Source of the DNA: Actinomycetota bacterium
GTDB lineage: Bacteria; Actinomycetota; UBA4738; HRBIN12
NCBI GenBank assembly: GCA_040902745.1
Contig: JBBDWR010000014.1
Location: 6,374 to 70,373 of the forward strand
Length of the DNA: 64,000 nt
Direction of reading: 5' to 3'
The notes beneath the pieces were generated by a model, which saw only the letters and a list, made by a program, of their open reading frames with translations, was not told the origin of the DNA and made no database searches. This document shows, in pieces, positions 17,335-27,093 of this stretch; position 1 is the stretch's first letter; each line of letters starts with the position of its first letter. The translations under genes and the position numbers were made by a program.

Positions 17335-18498
17335 ATGGCGCGGATCTTGTTCACGTTCGCGGGAGGCAGCGGTCATGCAGATCCGCTGGTGCCGATCGCC
17401 GAAGCTGCCAGCGCCGCTGGGCACAAGGTCGCTTTCGCGGGCGGGCGCTCCGGCGCGATCGTCGCCGAAGAGCAGGGATTCTCGGTGTTCCTGGCGTCGG
17501 ATGGAGCCGGTGGAGCACCTTCCACGATCGCACCGTTGCGTCCGCTCGACATGGAGCGCGAGTACGCGGTCCTGCGGGACTTCTATGCCGGCGTGGAGGC
17601 GAGTCGGCGAGCCGACCAGATCCTGGAGCTGTCGGAGCTATGGCGTCCCGACCTCGTCGTCTGCGATGAGGTCGACTTCGGCAGCATGGTCGCGGCGGAA
17701 CGTCTCGGCCTTCCTCACGCCACCGTCCTCGTCACGGCAGCCGGATCGTTCGTGCGACCCGACGTCGTCGCCGAGCCGTTGCGCAAACTCCGCGACCAGC
17801 TCGGCCTGACGCCAGGCCCGGAGCGAGCAGTGCCGCATGGTTCCCTGGTGGTCTCCCCGTTCCCACCGAGCTTCCGAGACCCCGCGTATCCCCTGCCGCC
17901 GAACTCGATCTCGATCCGGTCCGAGCCCGTCGGCGTTCGCGTGCCGGATCCCGCGCGGGCATGGGGGTCGGCGAACTCCGATCGCGCGACCGTTCACCTC
18001 ACCCTGGGCACGGTGTTCAACACCGAGTCGGGGGACCTCTTCGAGCGCGCGATCTCGGGCCTCCGGGAGCTCCCCGTCGAGGTCGTCGTGACGGTGGGCC
18101 GCGACCTCGACCCCGAGATGTTCGGCCCGCAACCGGCGAACGTGCACATCGAGCGCTTCATCCCGCAGTCGTCGCTGCTTCCCAACTGTGACCTGGTGGT
18201 CAACCACGGCGGTTCCGGCAGCGTGATCGGGGCCCTCGCTCACGGACTTCCGATGGTCGTCCTCCCGATGGGCGCCGGTCAGGCGCTGAACGCCGATCGC
18301 TGCGAACAGCTCGGGGTCGGGATCACGCTCGATGCCGCCCGGGCCGGCCCGCAGATCATCACAACGGCGGTCACCGAGATGTTGGACGATGCCGACTTCC
18401 GTTTCGCAGCCGAAGCCGTCCGGCGGGAGATCGCCGCGCTCCCCGGCCCGGCGACCGTGGTGCCTCTCCTCGAGCAACACATCGTGGATGGTGGGTGA
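17335..18498 (+). CDS. family 1 glycosyltransferase (MGT/UDP-glycosyltransferase-like, GT-B fold)
   Basis: N-terminus MARILFTFAGGSGHADPLVPIA and C-terminal nucleotide-sugar motif HGGSGSVIGALAHGLPMVVLPMGAGQALNADRCEQLGVG, typical of the MGT/OleD GT1 family. It ends at TGA 18496-18498. Confidence 0.85.
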   Translation: MARILFTFAGGSGHADPLVPIAEAASAAGHKVAFAGGRSGAIVAEEQGFSVFLASDGAGGAPSTIAPLRPLDMEREYAVLRDFYAGVEASRRADQILELSELWRPDLVVCDEVDFGSMVAAERLGLPHATVLVTAAGSFVRPDVVAEPLRKLRDQLGLTPGPERAVPHGSLVVSPFPPSFRDPAYPLPPNSISIRSEPVGVRVPDPARAWGSANSDRATVHLTLGTVFNTESGDLFERAISGLRELPVEVVVTVGRDLDPEMFGPQPANVHIERFIPQSSLLPNCDLVVNHGGSGSVIGALAHGLPMVVLPMGAGQALNADRCEQLGVGITLDAARAGPQIITTAVTEMLDDADFRFAAEAVRREIAALPGPATVVPLLEQHIVDGG

Positions 18499-18699
18499 GA
18501 GGGAACCCCCCGTCGACAGGCGGGCCGTTGGGCCGAACAAGAACAACAGCAGGCGCCCGTCCAGCAACAGGCAGCGCCCGCGGCGCCGAACACCGACGAC
18601 AAGCTCGCGCAGCTCAAGGACCTGGGTGAACTCAAGTCGTCGGGCGTTCTGACGGAGGCCGAGTTCGAAGCGCAGAAGGCGAAGATCCTGGCCGGATAA
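18499..18699 (+). other. SHOCT-domain coding segment in frame with the upstream GT1 gene, no start codon of its own
   Basis: The same frame as 17335..18498 continues after TGA as EGTPRRQAGRWAEQEQQQAPVQQQAAPAAPNTDDKLAQLKDLGELKSSGVLTEAEFEAQKAKILAG and ends at TAA 18697-18699. The last ~30 aa match the SHOCT consensus. There is no in-frame ATG/GTG/TTG before the domain. Confidence 0.5.
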
Positions 18700-18702
18700 G
18701 TG

Positions 18703-18760
18703 GGTGGGGGAGGGTGACCCCATGTCCTTTCGGACACAGGAACCTGAAGTGCATGTCCGG
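18703..18760 (-). repeat. degenerate partial copy of the tRNA-Leu 3' half (att-like relic)
   Basis: The 25-nt segment gtcctttcggacacaggaacctgaa is identical to the variable-arm and anticodon-stem region of the tRNA-Leu at 19683-19769. Flanking residual similarity (ggtggg.gagggg, acccc) is on the same strand and orientation. Confidence 0.6.
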
Positions 18761-18903
18761 GTGACGAAGGTAAGCCATCTACGGCCGCCAACGGTCATCT
18801 CGCGCGTGAGGCCCAGGGTCGAGCGACCGCATCTGACCGTCGATGTCCGAACTTTGCCCGATGGCGCGTCACCACGGCGTCACCCGCGCCGACGGCGAAG
18901 ACA

Positions 18904-19650
18904 TCAGCGCGACGCGGCGACCAACAGTTCAGCGAGACGCTCTGGCTGCTCGCGGAAGACCCCGTGACCCGTGTCGATCTCGACGACATCCGCGCCCACC
19001 GATGCCGCCATCACCCGTTGGGTCTCCGGAGGCACCAGCGTGTCGGCGATGGTCAGGACGTAGGTGCGGCGGCGGGAAGTCGGCAGATCACCGCGCCACT
19101 TCTCGCGCAACACGGCGATGCCCTGGGGACGCTGCGTTCGCTCGAGGTAGGTCCGCACCGAGTCCCGCTCGACCGGGTCGGCCGCGGCGACGTACCGGTC
19201 AATGTTCAGGGCACACAGACCAGGGGCGGCGCTGAGGATCAGTCCATCGAAGGCGGCGATCCCTGCTTCTTCGCCGGCCTCGAAAGGATCGCCGCCGACG
19301 AGGAGGTCCAACACCGACACGCCATCCCGCGGGATCCAAGCCGCGACGAACACCACCGGCACGTCGGGGTGCTCCACGGCGATCCTCGAGGCGGTGAAGC
19401 CTCCGAACGAGTAGCCGACCAGCACGACGTCAGCCAGGTCATCGGGGAGGACGGCGCGCACGGCGTCCGCGTACTCCTCCAGGCTCGCGTCGGCGTCCTC
19501 ACACGGCAGATCGACGACGATCACCGCGTGACCGGCCGCCTCCAGAGGATCGATCAGCGGCTCCATCGTGGCGGGCGTGTCCCAGGCGCCGGGAACGACG
19601 AGGAACGTGGTCATAGGCAGACCCTCCGGCTCGGTGAGAGCATCGAACAC
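18904..19650 (-). CDS. alpha/beta hydrolase fold protein
   Basis: 248-aa ORF with GYSFGG (GxSxG nucleophile elbow) and a typical N-terminal beta-strand TFLVVPGAWD. The start may be 19650 or the internal M at 19614. It lies entirely between the tRNA-Leu and its partial copy. Confidence 0.75.
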   Translation of the reverse strand: MFDALTEPEGLPMTTFLVVPGAWDTPATMEPLIDPLEAAGHAVIVVDLPCEDADASLEEYADAVRAVLPDDLADVVLVGYSFGGFTASRIAVEHPDVPVVFVAAWIPRDGVSVLDLLVGGDPFEAGEEAGIAAFDGLILSAAPGLCALNIDRYVAAADPVERDSVRTYLERTQRPQGIAVLREKWRGDLPTSRRRTYVLTIADTLVPPETQRVMAASVGADVVEIDTGHGVFREQPERLAELLVAASR

Positions 19651-19682
19651 CGAGAGGGGTCATCGCCGCAAGTCGCGCAACC

Positions 19683-19769
<87 letters not shown>

Positions 19770-19921
19770 GAGTGGAACCGGAATGGTAACAGGGCACTTG
19801 TTGCCCATCGTGCCTGCTCCGGGGCATCGGGGAACACGTTGCTAGGATGTGCCGAACCCGGCCGGAGCCCGATCCGCCGAACCGGACCGGCACACGCGAT
19901 CCTGACCCCGGAGCAGTCCGC

Positions 19922-20671
19922 ATGGCCATCCTCCGAGACTTCGAACGCCGCCTCGAAGGCATCGTCGAGGGCTCGTTCGCGAAGGTGTTCCGCGGTGGTC
20001 TGCAACCCGTGGAACTCGCCAAGCGCGTCCTCAAGGAGATGGACTCAGGCAAGACCGTCGGCGTCCGCGAGATCTGGGCCCCCAACCGATTCGCCTTCAC
20101 CGTGTCCCAGGCGGATCACGAACGGTTCGCCAACGCCGAGGGGGCGCTCGTGGACGAGCTCCAGCAGGTATGCCGCGATCACGCGATCGAACGCCGCTGG
20201 GGTCTGCTCGGCCCGCCCGAAGTGACCTTCGAGGTCGATGAGGCGCTCGGCAAGGGTCGGTTCCGATGCGACGCCACGCTGGTCGAAGGAGCGGAGCGGC
20301 TGGAACCATGGAAGATGCAGGCGCCTGCTCCGACGGCTGCTCCCACCCCCACCCAGGGCACCGCGCTCGGTGATCCCAACGGACCTGTGGTGCTCGCCTT
20401 CATGGAGAACGGCGTCGCCGGACGCACGGTTCGCATCCAGAAGCCCAAGGTGACGATCGGCCGGCTCCCCGAATGTGACGTTGTCGTCTCGGATCCGGGC
20501 GCGTCGCGCCATCACGCCCAGATCGAGCAGCGTGACGGCGGCTACGTGCTCACCGACCTCGGTTCGACCAACGGAACGCTGGTGAACGATCAGCCCGTCA
20601 CCACCTATCGGATGCAACTGGGCGATCGCATCATGATCGGCGAGACCGTGCTCGAACTTCGGGAGGGCTGA
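19922..20671 (+). CDS. fhaA: FHA-domain protein FhaA (DUF3662 N-terminal domain + C-terminal FHA)
   Basis: N-terminus MAILRDFERRLEGIVEGSFAKVFRGGLQPVELAK is the conserved FhaA/DUF3662 start. The C-terminal FHA module has GR...D..V.D...SR.HA....G...L.DLGSTNGT. Confidence 0.85.
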   Translation: MAILRDFERRLEGIVEGSFAKVFRGGLQPVELAKRVLKEMDSGKTVGVREIWAPNRFAFTVSQADHERFANAEGALVDELQQVCRDHAIERRWGLLGPPEVTFEVDEALGKGRFRCDATLVEGAERLEPWKMQAPAPTAAPTPTQGTALGDPNGPVVLAFMENGVAGRTVRIQKPKVTIGRLPECDVVVSDPGASRHHAQIEQRDGGYVLTDLGSTNGTLVNDQPVTTYRMQLGDRIMIGETVLELREG

Positions 20672-20673
20672 GG

Positions 20674-21150
20674 GTGTCTCGGTTCGCGCTGACCATGTTG
20701 CAGATCGGCTTGCTCCTGCTGCTGTACCTGTTCATCTGGCGGATCGTCCGTGCCGTCGGCTCCGGGATGTCCGACCGTGCCACCAAGCCGGCCCCGGCCG
20801 TGCCCGCCGCTCCTAGCCCCGCCGCGGCGAAACCGCGTCGGCGCAAAGCGGCAGGCCCGCCGAGTTCGGTCATCGTGCGCACACAGCAGGGAAAGAAGGC
20901 GAGTACTCACAAGCTCGACGGTGACGACGTCGAGATCGGCCGCGCCGCGGGATGCGCGATCACGTTGGACGACACCTACGCATCACAATCACATGCACGG
21001 CTGTCGTATCGCGACGGCGCGTGGGCGATCCAAGACCTGGGCTCGACCAACGGGACGTTCCTCAACGAACGGCGTCTCGAAGGCACGAGCGAGGTCCGCG
21101 CCGGGGACCGCATCCGCATCGGCACCACGATCCTGGAGTTGCGCGCGTGA
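20674..21150 (+). CDS. fhaB: membrane-anchored FHA-domain protein FhaB
   Basis: GTG start after a GGAGGG RBS. N-terminal TM helix and a C-terminal FHA domain (GR...C.I.LDD...S..HARL...DGAW.IQDLGSTNGT). Confidence 0.8.
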   Translation: MSRFALTMLQIGLLLLLYLFIWRIVRAVGSGMSDRATKPAPAVPAAPSPAAAKPRRRKAAGPPSSVIVRTQQGKKASTHKLDGDDVEIGRAAGCAITLDDTYASQSHARLSYRDGAWAIQDLGSTNGTFLNERRLEGTSEVRAGDRIRIGTTILELRA

Positions 21151-22394
21151 AGGCGACCGTCGCGGCGGCGACCGACATCGGCAAGGTCCGCTCCGGCAAC
21201 GAGGACGCCTACCTCGTCGAGGTTCCCCTCATCGCGGTCGCCGATGGGATGGGCGGGCACCAAGGCGGTGAGGTCGCCTCGCACCTGGCCCTGGAGACGA
21301 TCGAAACGCTGTTCAAGCATCAGCGAGGAACGTTGGCCGAGCAGGTTGCCGAGGCGAACCACGCGGTGCACGAGCGCTCGCTGCGCGACGCATCCGTGTC
21401 GGGGATGGGGACCACCCTCACCGCTGCGGTCGCCGACGGCGATCGGCTGCGACTCGCACACGTCGGAGATTCCCGTGCCTACCTGGTTCGCGACGGAGAG
21501 CTGCGCTCGCTCACCGAAGATCACACGATGGTGCGGGAGATGGAACTGCGCGGCGAGCTGACCGCCGAAGAGGCGTCGGCCCATCCCCACCGCAGCGTTC
21601 TGACGCGCGCGATCGGGACCGATTCCGACGTCCGCGTCGACGAGGGCATCGTCGACCTCGTCGACGGCGACCGTCTGCTGCTGTGCACCGACGGCCTGAC
21701 GGGCATGGTCGACGACGACCGGATCCTCGCCGTGCTCCGCGACACACCCGACCCGTCCGATGCCGTTCGCATCCTGGTCCGCGAGGCCAACGAGAACGGG
21801 GGGGTCGACAACGTCACCGCCGTGATCGTCGACTTCTCCGGCGAACCCGGCAGAGCGGCGAGCGCCCCCGGACCGGCGACCGGCGCGACCCGCGTGTCCA
21901 CCTCGACGATGCCGGACCGGGGCCCGACGCCGCCTCCTCCCCCCGCCGGCGGGGCCAAGCGGCGGTCGTTCCCGCTGGGAAAGGTCGCGATCTGGGTCGG
22001 CGTGTTCGTCCTGGTCTTGGTGGTCGCCCTCGTTGGAACCCGTCTGTATCTCGACCGACAGTGGTACGTCGGCGTCGAAGGAGACAAGGTCGCGATCTTC
22101 CGCGGCGTTCCCTCCGAACTGCTCGGGTTCGATCTCTCGAGCCCGGCGGTGGTCACGCCGGTCACGGCGACGCAGGCGCAGCAACTGCAATTCTTCTCGG
22201 GTCTCGCGGAAGGGATCTCGGTCTCGGACCGCGCCGCGGCCGATGAGATCGTGCGCCAGATCGAACAAGACCTGGCAGAGCTCGAGCGCCAGCAGGAGCA
22301 GCAGGATGCAAACGGCACCAACGCCGGTGGCGGCAACCAGAACGGGGGCGGTGGCGGCGGGGGCGCCCAGCCCGACGCGAGGCCGGCACCGTGA
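21147..22394 (+). CDS. pstP: PP2C-family Ser/Thr phosphatase PstP with C-terminal TM segment
   Basis: GTG start overlaps the fhaB stop. PP2C motifs DIGKVRSGNEDAY, VADGMGGHQGGEVAS and DGD. A C-terminal TM helix is followed by a Gly/Gln-rich tail. Confidence 0.85.
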   Translation: MKATVAAATDIGKVRSGNEDAYLVEVPLIAVADGMGGHQGGEVASHLALETIETLFKHQRGTLAEQVAEANHAVHERSLRDASVSGMGTTLTAAVADGDRLRLAHVGDSRAYLVRDGELRSLTEDHTMVREMELRGELTAEEASAHPHRSVLTRAIGTDSDVRVDEGIVDLVDGDRLLLCTDGLTGMVDDDRILAVLRDTPDPSDAVRILVREANENGGVDNVTAVIVDFSGEPGRAASAPGPATGATRVSTSTMPDRGPTPPPPPAGGAKRRSFPLGKVAIWVGVFVLVLVVALVGTRLYLDRQWYVGVEGDKVAIFRGVPSELLGFDLSSPAVVTPVTATQAQQLQFFSGLAEGISVSDRAAADEIVRQIEQDLAELERQQEQQDANGTNAGGGNQNGGGGGGGAQPDARPAP

Positions 22395-23740
22395 GCAGGG
22401 TCGAGACCACCGAGGACCGCTGGCTCCGAGGTGTCCTGCCGCTACTGTCCGCGCTCGCCATCGCCCTCGGTGCGTACGTGCTCGTCGGACTGGGCAAGAA
22501 GGGGAAGTTCCCGGCGACACTGTCGTTGTACGGGGCGATCTTCATCGTCGGGTTCGCGGCGGCGTTCCTCGTGATCCGTCGGTACGCGCCCAAGACCGAC
22601 CCGGTGATGTTCCCGGTGGCAGGCGCGCTCGCCGGGATCGGGTTCGCCGTGATCTTCCGGCTCGACGGGAACCTCGCGGCCGAACAGAGCACGTGGCTGA
22701 TCGTCGGGCTCCTCGCGTTCTGCGCGACCCTGATCGTGGTGCGGGATCATCGTCAGCTCGACGCGTACACCTACACGATCGGGTTGATCGGCGTCGCGTT
22801 GCTGTTGCTGCCGATCGTGCCCGTGATCGGGCAGACGATCAACGGCGCCCGGCTGTGGGTACAGATCGGTCCGATCGGGTTCCAGCCCTCGGAGCTCGGC
22901 AAGGTCTTCATCGTCGTGTTCCTCGCCTCATACCTGTCGGCCAAGCGGGAGCTGCTGCGCGTCGGGACCGGCGGATGGGGTCCCCTGCGGCTGCCCCAAG
23001 CCCGACACCTCGGTCCCTTGCTGCTCGCGTGGGGCGCGTCCCTGATGATCCTGTTCGTCCAGAAGGACCTGGGCGCGTCGCTGCTCTACTTCGCGATCTT
23101 CGTCGTGATGCTGTGGGTCGCCACCGGCCGCCCCGCCTACCTGGTGATCGGCGTGCTTCTGTTCGCTGCCGGTGCGTGGCTCGGCTACCTCGCCTTCAGC
23201 CACGTGGAGACCCGCGTCGATCTATGGCTGCACGCGCTGGACCCGAGCATGCTGCGCGAGGGCGCGAGCCAGCTCGCCGAGGGCCAGTTCGCGATGGCGA
23301 GCGGCGGGATCCTCGGCAGCGGACTCGGACAGGGCGTTCCGTACCGGATCCCGTTCGCGGTAACCGACTTCATCTTCGCGGCCATCGGTGAGGAACTGGG
23401 GTTGCTCGGAACCACCGCGGTGCTGTTGCTGTTCGTCGCTCTCGTCGGGAGGGGATTGCAAACGGCGCTCCGTGCCACGGACGACTTCGGCAAGCTGCTC
23501 GCGACCGGGCTTGCGACGCTCGTCGGCCTTCAGGCGTTCGTGATCATCGGCGGCGTGACGCGGGTGATCCCGCTGACCGGGGTGACACTACCGTTCATGA
23601 GCTACGGCGGCTCGAGCTTGGTGAGCAACTTCATCATCCTCGCGTTGCTGGTGCGCGTCGCGTCCGGCCCCGCTCCACAACGCGGACCGCTGCGGGGGCC
23701 GCGTCGCGCGGGGATCGAGGAGGAACCCCCCGATGGATAG
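22391..23740 (+). CDS. rodA: SEDS-family peptidoglycan glycosyltransferase RodA/FtsW
   Basis: 449-aa polytopic membrane protein with the FtsW/RodA/SpoVE signature region (QPSELGK, FIFAAIGEELG..G, PFMSYGGSS). Confidence 0.85.
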   Translation: MSRVETTEDRWLRGVLPLLSALAIALGAYVLVGLGKKGKFPATLSLYGAIFIVGFAAAFLVIRRYAPKTDPVMFPVAGALAGIGFAVIFRLDGNLAAEQSTWLIVGLLAFCATLIVVRDHRQLDAYTYTIGLIGVALLLLPIVPVIGQTINGARLWVQIGPIGFQPSELGKVFIVVFLASYLSAKRELLRVGTGGWGPLRLPQARHLGPLLLAWGASLMILFVQKDLGASLLYFAIFVVMLWVATGRPAYLVIGVLLFAAGAWLGYLAFSHVETRVDLWLHALDPSMLREGASQLAEGQFAMASGGILGSGLGQGVPYRIPFAVTDFIFAAIGEELGLLGTTAVLLLFVALVGRGLQTALRATDDFGKLLATGLATLVGLQAFVIIGGVTRVIPLTGVTLPFMSYGGSSLVSNFIILALLVRVASGPAPQRGPLRGPRRAGIEEEPPDG

Positions 23741-25247
23741 CCAGATCCGCCGCCTCGCTGTGGGCCTGCTCGTGCTGCTCGTGATCCTGCTCTTCGGCGT
23801 CAACTACGTGCAGGTGTTCGCCGCCGACTCGATCGCCGACAACCCGGCCAACGCGTACCGCCAGTTCGTCGCCGAGTCGGAGGTCGATCGCGGGCGGATC
23901 CTCGCGAACGACGCGCAGACGCCGCTCGCGATCTCGCGCGAGACCAACGGGGAGTTCACCTACCAGCGCCGGTATCCGCGGGGTGAGCTGTATGCCCACC
24001 TCACCGGCTACTACTCCTTGTTCTTCGGTCGCACGGAGTTGGAGGGGTCGTTCAACGAGTACCTGTCGGGTGACGCGCCGGAACTGCTCCCCCAAACGCT
24101 CGGAGACTTCATCCAGGGCAACCCGAAACGCGGCGCGTCGATCGTCACCACGCTCGACCCGGATCTGCAGGAACTCGCGATGGACATCGTGGGCGGGATG
24201 AGGAACGGGGGCGCCATCGTGATGATGGAGCCCGACACCGGCAACGTCCTGGTCTCCGCCGCCAATCCGACCTTCGACCCGAACGCGCTCTCGACGCAGG
24301 ACTCGGAGGCGGCGGAGAAGGCGATCACCGCCCTCAACGACGACCCCGCCAAGCCGTTGCTGTCGCGAGCGAGCGACGAGTTGTACCCACCGGGATCGGT
24401 GTTCAAGATCGTCACGGCGGCGGCGGCACTCGAGAACGGCTACACACCGAGCAGCAGGATCCGAAATCCCCTCGACCTCACGTTGCCGCAGACCACGGAG
24501 ACGCTGGAGAACTTCGGCGGGTCACACTGCCTGGGCGGCGCATCCGAGATCACGCTCGCGCAAGCGTTCCAGATCTCGTGCAACGTCTCGTTCGGCACGC
24601 TCGGGCTCGAACTCGGACCCCGCAAGCTCGGGCGACAGGCGCAGGCGTTCGGCTTCTGTCTGTGGAACCCGCCCGGATCGTGCCTCACCGACACGGTTCC
24701 GTTCGACATCCCCTACACCGCCGGCCGCTACCCCGACACGGAGTACTTCGTGGACAACGAACCGCTGGTTGCGTTCTCCGGTATCGGGCAGGCCGACGTC
24801 GCCACGAACCCGATGTCGATGGCGATGGTCGCCTCGGCCGTCGCGAACGATGGGGTGTTGATGCGACCTCGCCTGGTTTCGGAGGTCCGGGACCCGCAGG
24901 GCCGCGCGATCGAACGGTTCGAACCGGATGAGGCCGGTGTCGCGGTATCGCCCGAGACCGCACAGGACCTCACCGACATGATGGTGAGCGTCGTGGAGCC
25001 GGGGGGCACGGGGACCGCGGCGGCGATCTCCGGGGTGAGCGTCGCGGGCAAGACCGGCACGGCGCAGACGCGCGAGGGGGCGTTTCCCCACGCGTGGTTC
25101 GTCTCGTTCGCCCCCGCCGAGGACCCGCAGGTTGCCGTTGCGGTTATCGTGCTCAACGGTGGCGACCTCGGGAACGAGGCGACCGGAGGGGCGATCTCGG
25201 CGCCGATCGCGAAGCAGATGATCGAAGCTGCGCTGGAGGGAGGGTAG
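23733..25247 (+). CDS. pbpA: class B penicillin-binding protein (PbpA-type transpeptidase)
   Basis: N-terminal TM, then a transpeptidase domain with SxxK (SVFK), SxN (SCN) and KTG (KTGTA) motifs. Confidence 0.85.
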   Translation: MDSQIRRLAVGLLVLLVILLFGVNYVQVFAADSIADNPANAYRQFVAESEVDRGRILANDAQTPLAISRETNGEFTYQRRYPRGELYAHLTGYYSLFFGRTELEGSFNEYLSGDAPELLPQTLGDFIQGNPKRGASIVTTLDPDLQELAMDIVGGMRNGGAIVMMEPDTGNVLVSAANPTFDPNALSTQDSEAAEKAITALNDDPAKPLLSRASDELYPPGSVFKIVTAAAALENGYTPSSRIRNPLDLTLPQTTETLENFGGSHCLGGASEITLAQAFQISCNVSFGTLGLELGPRKLGRQAQAFGFCLWNPPGSCLTDTVPFDIPYTAGRYPDTEYFVDNEPLVAFSGIGQADVATNPMSMAMVASAVANDGVLMRPRLVSEVRDPQGRAIERFEPDEAGVAVSPETAQDLTDMMVSVVEPGGTGTAAAISGVSVAGKTGTAQTREGAFPHAWFVSFAPAEDPQVAVAVIVLNGGDLGNEATGGAISAPIAKQMIEAALEGG

Positions 25248-27083
25248 ATGGCGAACGGCGACATGAGTTCTTCCGTGCTGAACGGGCGCTACTCCCTGGA
25301 GGCCCTGATCGGCGAGGGTGGGATGGCGAAGGTCTATCGCGCGACCGACCAGCAGCTCGACCGCACGGTCGCCGTCAAGATCCTCAAGCCCGAGTTCGCC
25401 AGCGACGACTCGTTCGTCGATCGGTTCCGCCGCGAGGCGCAGACCGCCGCGAAACTCAACCACCCCAACCTCGTCGGCGTCTACGACACGGGTGACGAGG
25501 GCAACATCCACTACATCGTCATGGAGCACATCCAGGGACGTACCCTGGCCGACTTCTTCGCAGGCGGTGGGCGACTGGCGCCGATGAAGGCGGTCCAGCT
25601 CGTGGAGCAGGTCGCCGGGGCGCTTTCGTACGCGCATCAGCAGGGGGTCGTGCACCGCGACATCAAGCCCGGCAACATCATGGTGACGCGCGAAGGTGAG
25701 GTGAAGGTCACCGACTTCGGCATCGCTCGGCTCATCACGACGCAGCACACGATCGCCCAGACGGCCGCGGTGCTCGGGACGGCGGCCTACCTCTCTCCGG
25801 AACAGGCTCGGGGCGAAGTCGTCGACGAGCGTTCCGACATCTACTCCTTGGGGTGCGTGCTGTACGAGTCGCTGGTCGGCAAGGCGCTGTTCGAGGGCGA
25901 CTCGCCGGTCGCGATCGCCTACAAGCACGTGAACGAGCAGCCGCCACCTCCGTCGTCGCTCAACGCCGACGTGAACCCCGACCTGGACGCGGTCGTGATG
26001 CGTGCGCTTTCCAAGAACCCCGTGAACCGCTACCAGACGGCCGACGACTTCCGCCATGACCTCGAGGCGCTTCGCAACGGCGGCCAGGTCTCCGCGACGC
26101 CACTGCTCGGTGCCGCTGCCGCCACCACGCAGGTGATCCGTCCCGGTGCGCCGGGGCCGACGACCTCGGTGCTGCCTCCCGAGGAGGAGGAGAACAACCG
26201 GCGGAAGTGGATCATCGGCATCATCGTCGGGGTGCTCCTGATCGGCGCCTTGATCGCCGGAGCGTGGTGGCTCGCGAGCTCGGTGCTCAGCGACGAAGGT
26301 GGGACGAAGAAGGCGATCCCGGAAGGGATCGTTGGCTCCACCGAGGAGGACGCAACGGGCGTCCTCACGGATGGAGGGTTCACGAACGTCTCTTCCAGGG
26401 CTGTTGACGACGTACCCGACGACGACTTCGAACCCGGTGACGTCTCCGCCGTGGATCCCGCAGAGGGCAAGGTCGTCCCGCTCGATCGCGAGATCGTTCT
26501 CACAGTGGTCCGGGAGCCCGGCGAGGAGGCCGTCCCGAGCGTCGCAGGTCTGAGCGGTGCTGAGGCCACAGCGCTGCTCGAGGGCGAGCCGTACTTCTTC
26601 ACGGTCCAGACGGTGGATCGATTCGACGAGGCGCCGGTAGGAACCGCCGTGCGCACCAACCCAGCGTCGGGCGAGTCACTCGCCCCGCAGTCCGAGATAA
26701 CGCTCGTGATCTCCAAGGGACCGGAGCAGGAGCCGTCCCCGGACCCGATCCTGCCCGTCGTGCCGAACGTCGTGTGCCGCCCCGAAGGCGCGGCCGTCAA
26801 CAAGCTCACGAAGAATTTCCAAGCAGAGTTCGCGGGCGAATCTGCTAATCCGTCGTGCCCGGGCCCGGGTCGCGTCTCCAAGCTGCAGCCTGTAGCCGAG
26901 TCGTCACTCGCAGAAGGGTCCGTGGTGCGGTACTGGCTCACGCCGGAGGAGCCAAGCCCGCCGTCCTCATCGAGGGAAGGGTCCAATGAGGGACCCGGAT
27001 CGGGCGACGACAATGGCAAGGGCAAGGGCCACGGGCCCAAGGAGCGGTCTGGTCCGCCGCGGCGTGTCGGCTCATCGAAGTAG
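25248..27083 (+). CDS. pknB: Ser/Thr protein kinase PknB with extracellular PASTA repeats
   Basis: Hanks kinase motifs GEGGMAKVY, VAVK, HRDIKPGNIM, DFG, SPEQ. A TM helix (WIIGIIVGVLLIGALIAGAWWL) is followed by PASTA-like repeats. It is the only kinase gene in the cluster. Confidence 0.9.
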   Translation: MANGDMSSSVLNGRYSLEALIGEGGMAKVYRATDQQLDRTVAVKILKPEFASDDSFVDRFRREAQTAAKLNHPNLVGVYDTGDEGNIHYIVMEHIQGRTLADFFAGGGRLAPMKAVQLVEQVAGALSYAHQQGVVHRDIKPGNIMVTREGEVKVTDFGIARLITTQHTIAQTAAVLGTAAYLSPEQARGEVVDERSDIYSLGCVLYESLVGKALFEGDSPVAIAYKHVNEQPPPPSSLNADVNPDLDAVVMRALSKNPVNRYQTADDFRHDLEALRNGGQVSATPLLGAAAATTQVIRPGAPGPTTSVLPPEEEENNRRKWIIGIIVGVLLIGALIAGAWWLASSVLSDEGGTKKAIPEGIVGSTEEDATGVLTDGGFTNVSSRAVDDVPDDDFEPGDVSAVDPAEGKVVPLDREIVLTVVREPGEEAVPSVAGLSGAEATALLEGEPYFFTVQTVDRFDEAPVGTAVRTNPASGESLAPQSEITLVISKGPEQEPSPDPILPVVPNVVCRPEGAAVNKLTKNFQAEFAGESANPSCPGPGRVSKLQPVAESSLAEGSVVRYWLTPEEPSPPSSSREGSNEGPGSGDDNGKGKGHGPKERSGPPRRVGSSK

Positions 27084-27093
27084 GCTGGACGCG

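Noticed and set aside
18496-18498. Selenocysteine decoding of the GT1 TGA
   Set aside because: No SECIS-like stem-loop was recognised immediately downstream. GT1 and SHOCT proteins are not known selenoproteins. Nonsense mutation or gene relic is more parsimonious.
20976-22520. 514-aa minus-strand ORF antisense to pstP/rodA
   Set aside because: GC-driven antisense ORF. No start context, low-complexity product.
24522-26057. 511-aa minus-strand ORF antisense to pbpA/pknB
   Set aside because: Shadow ORF opposite genes with unambiguous kinase and PBP motifs.
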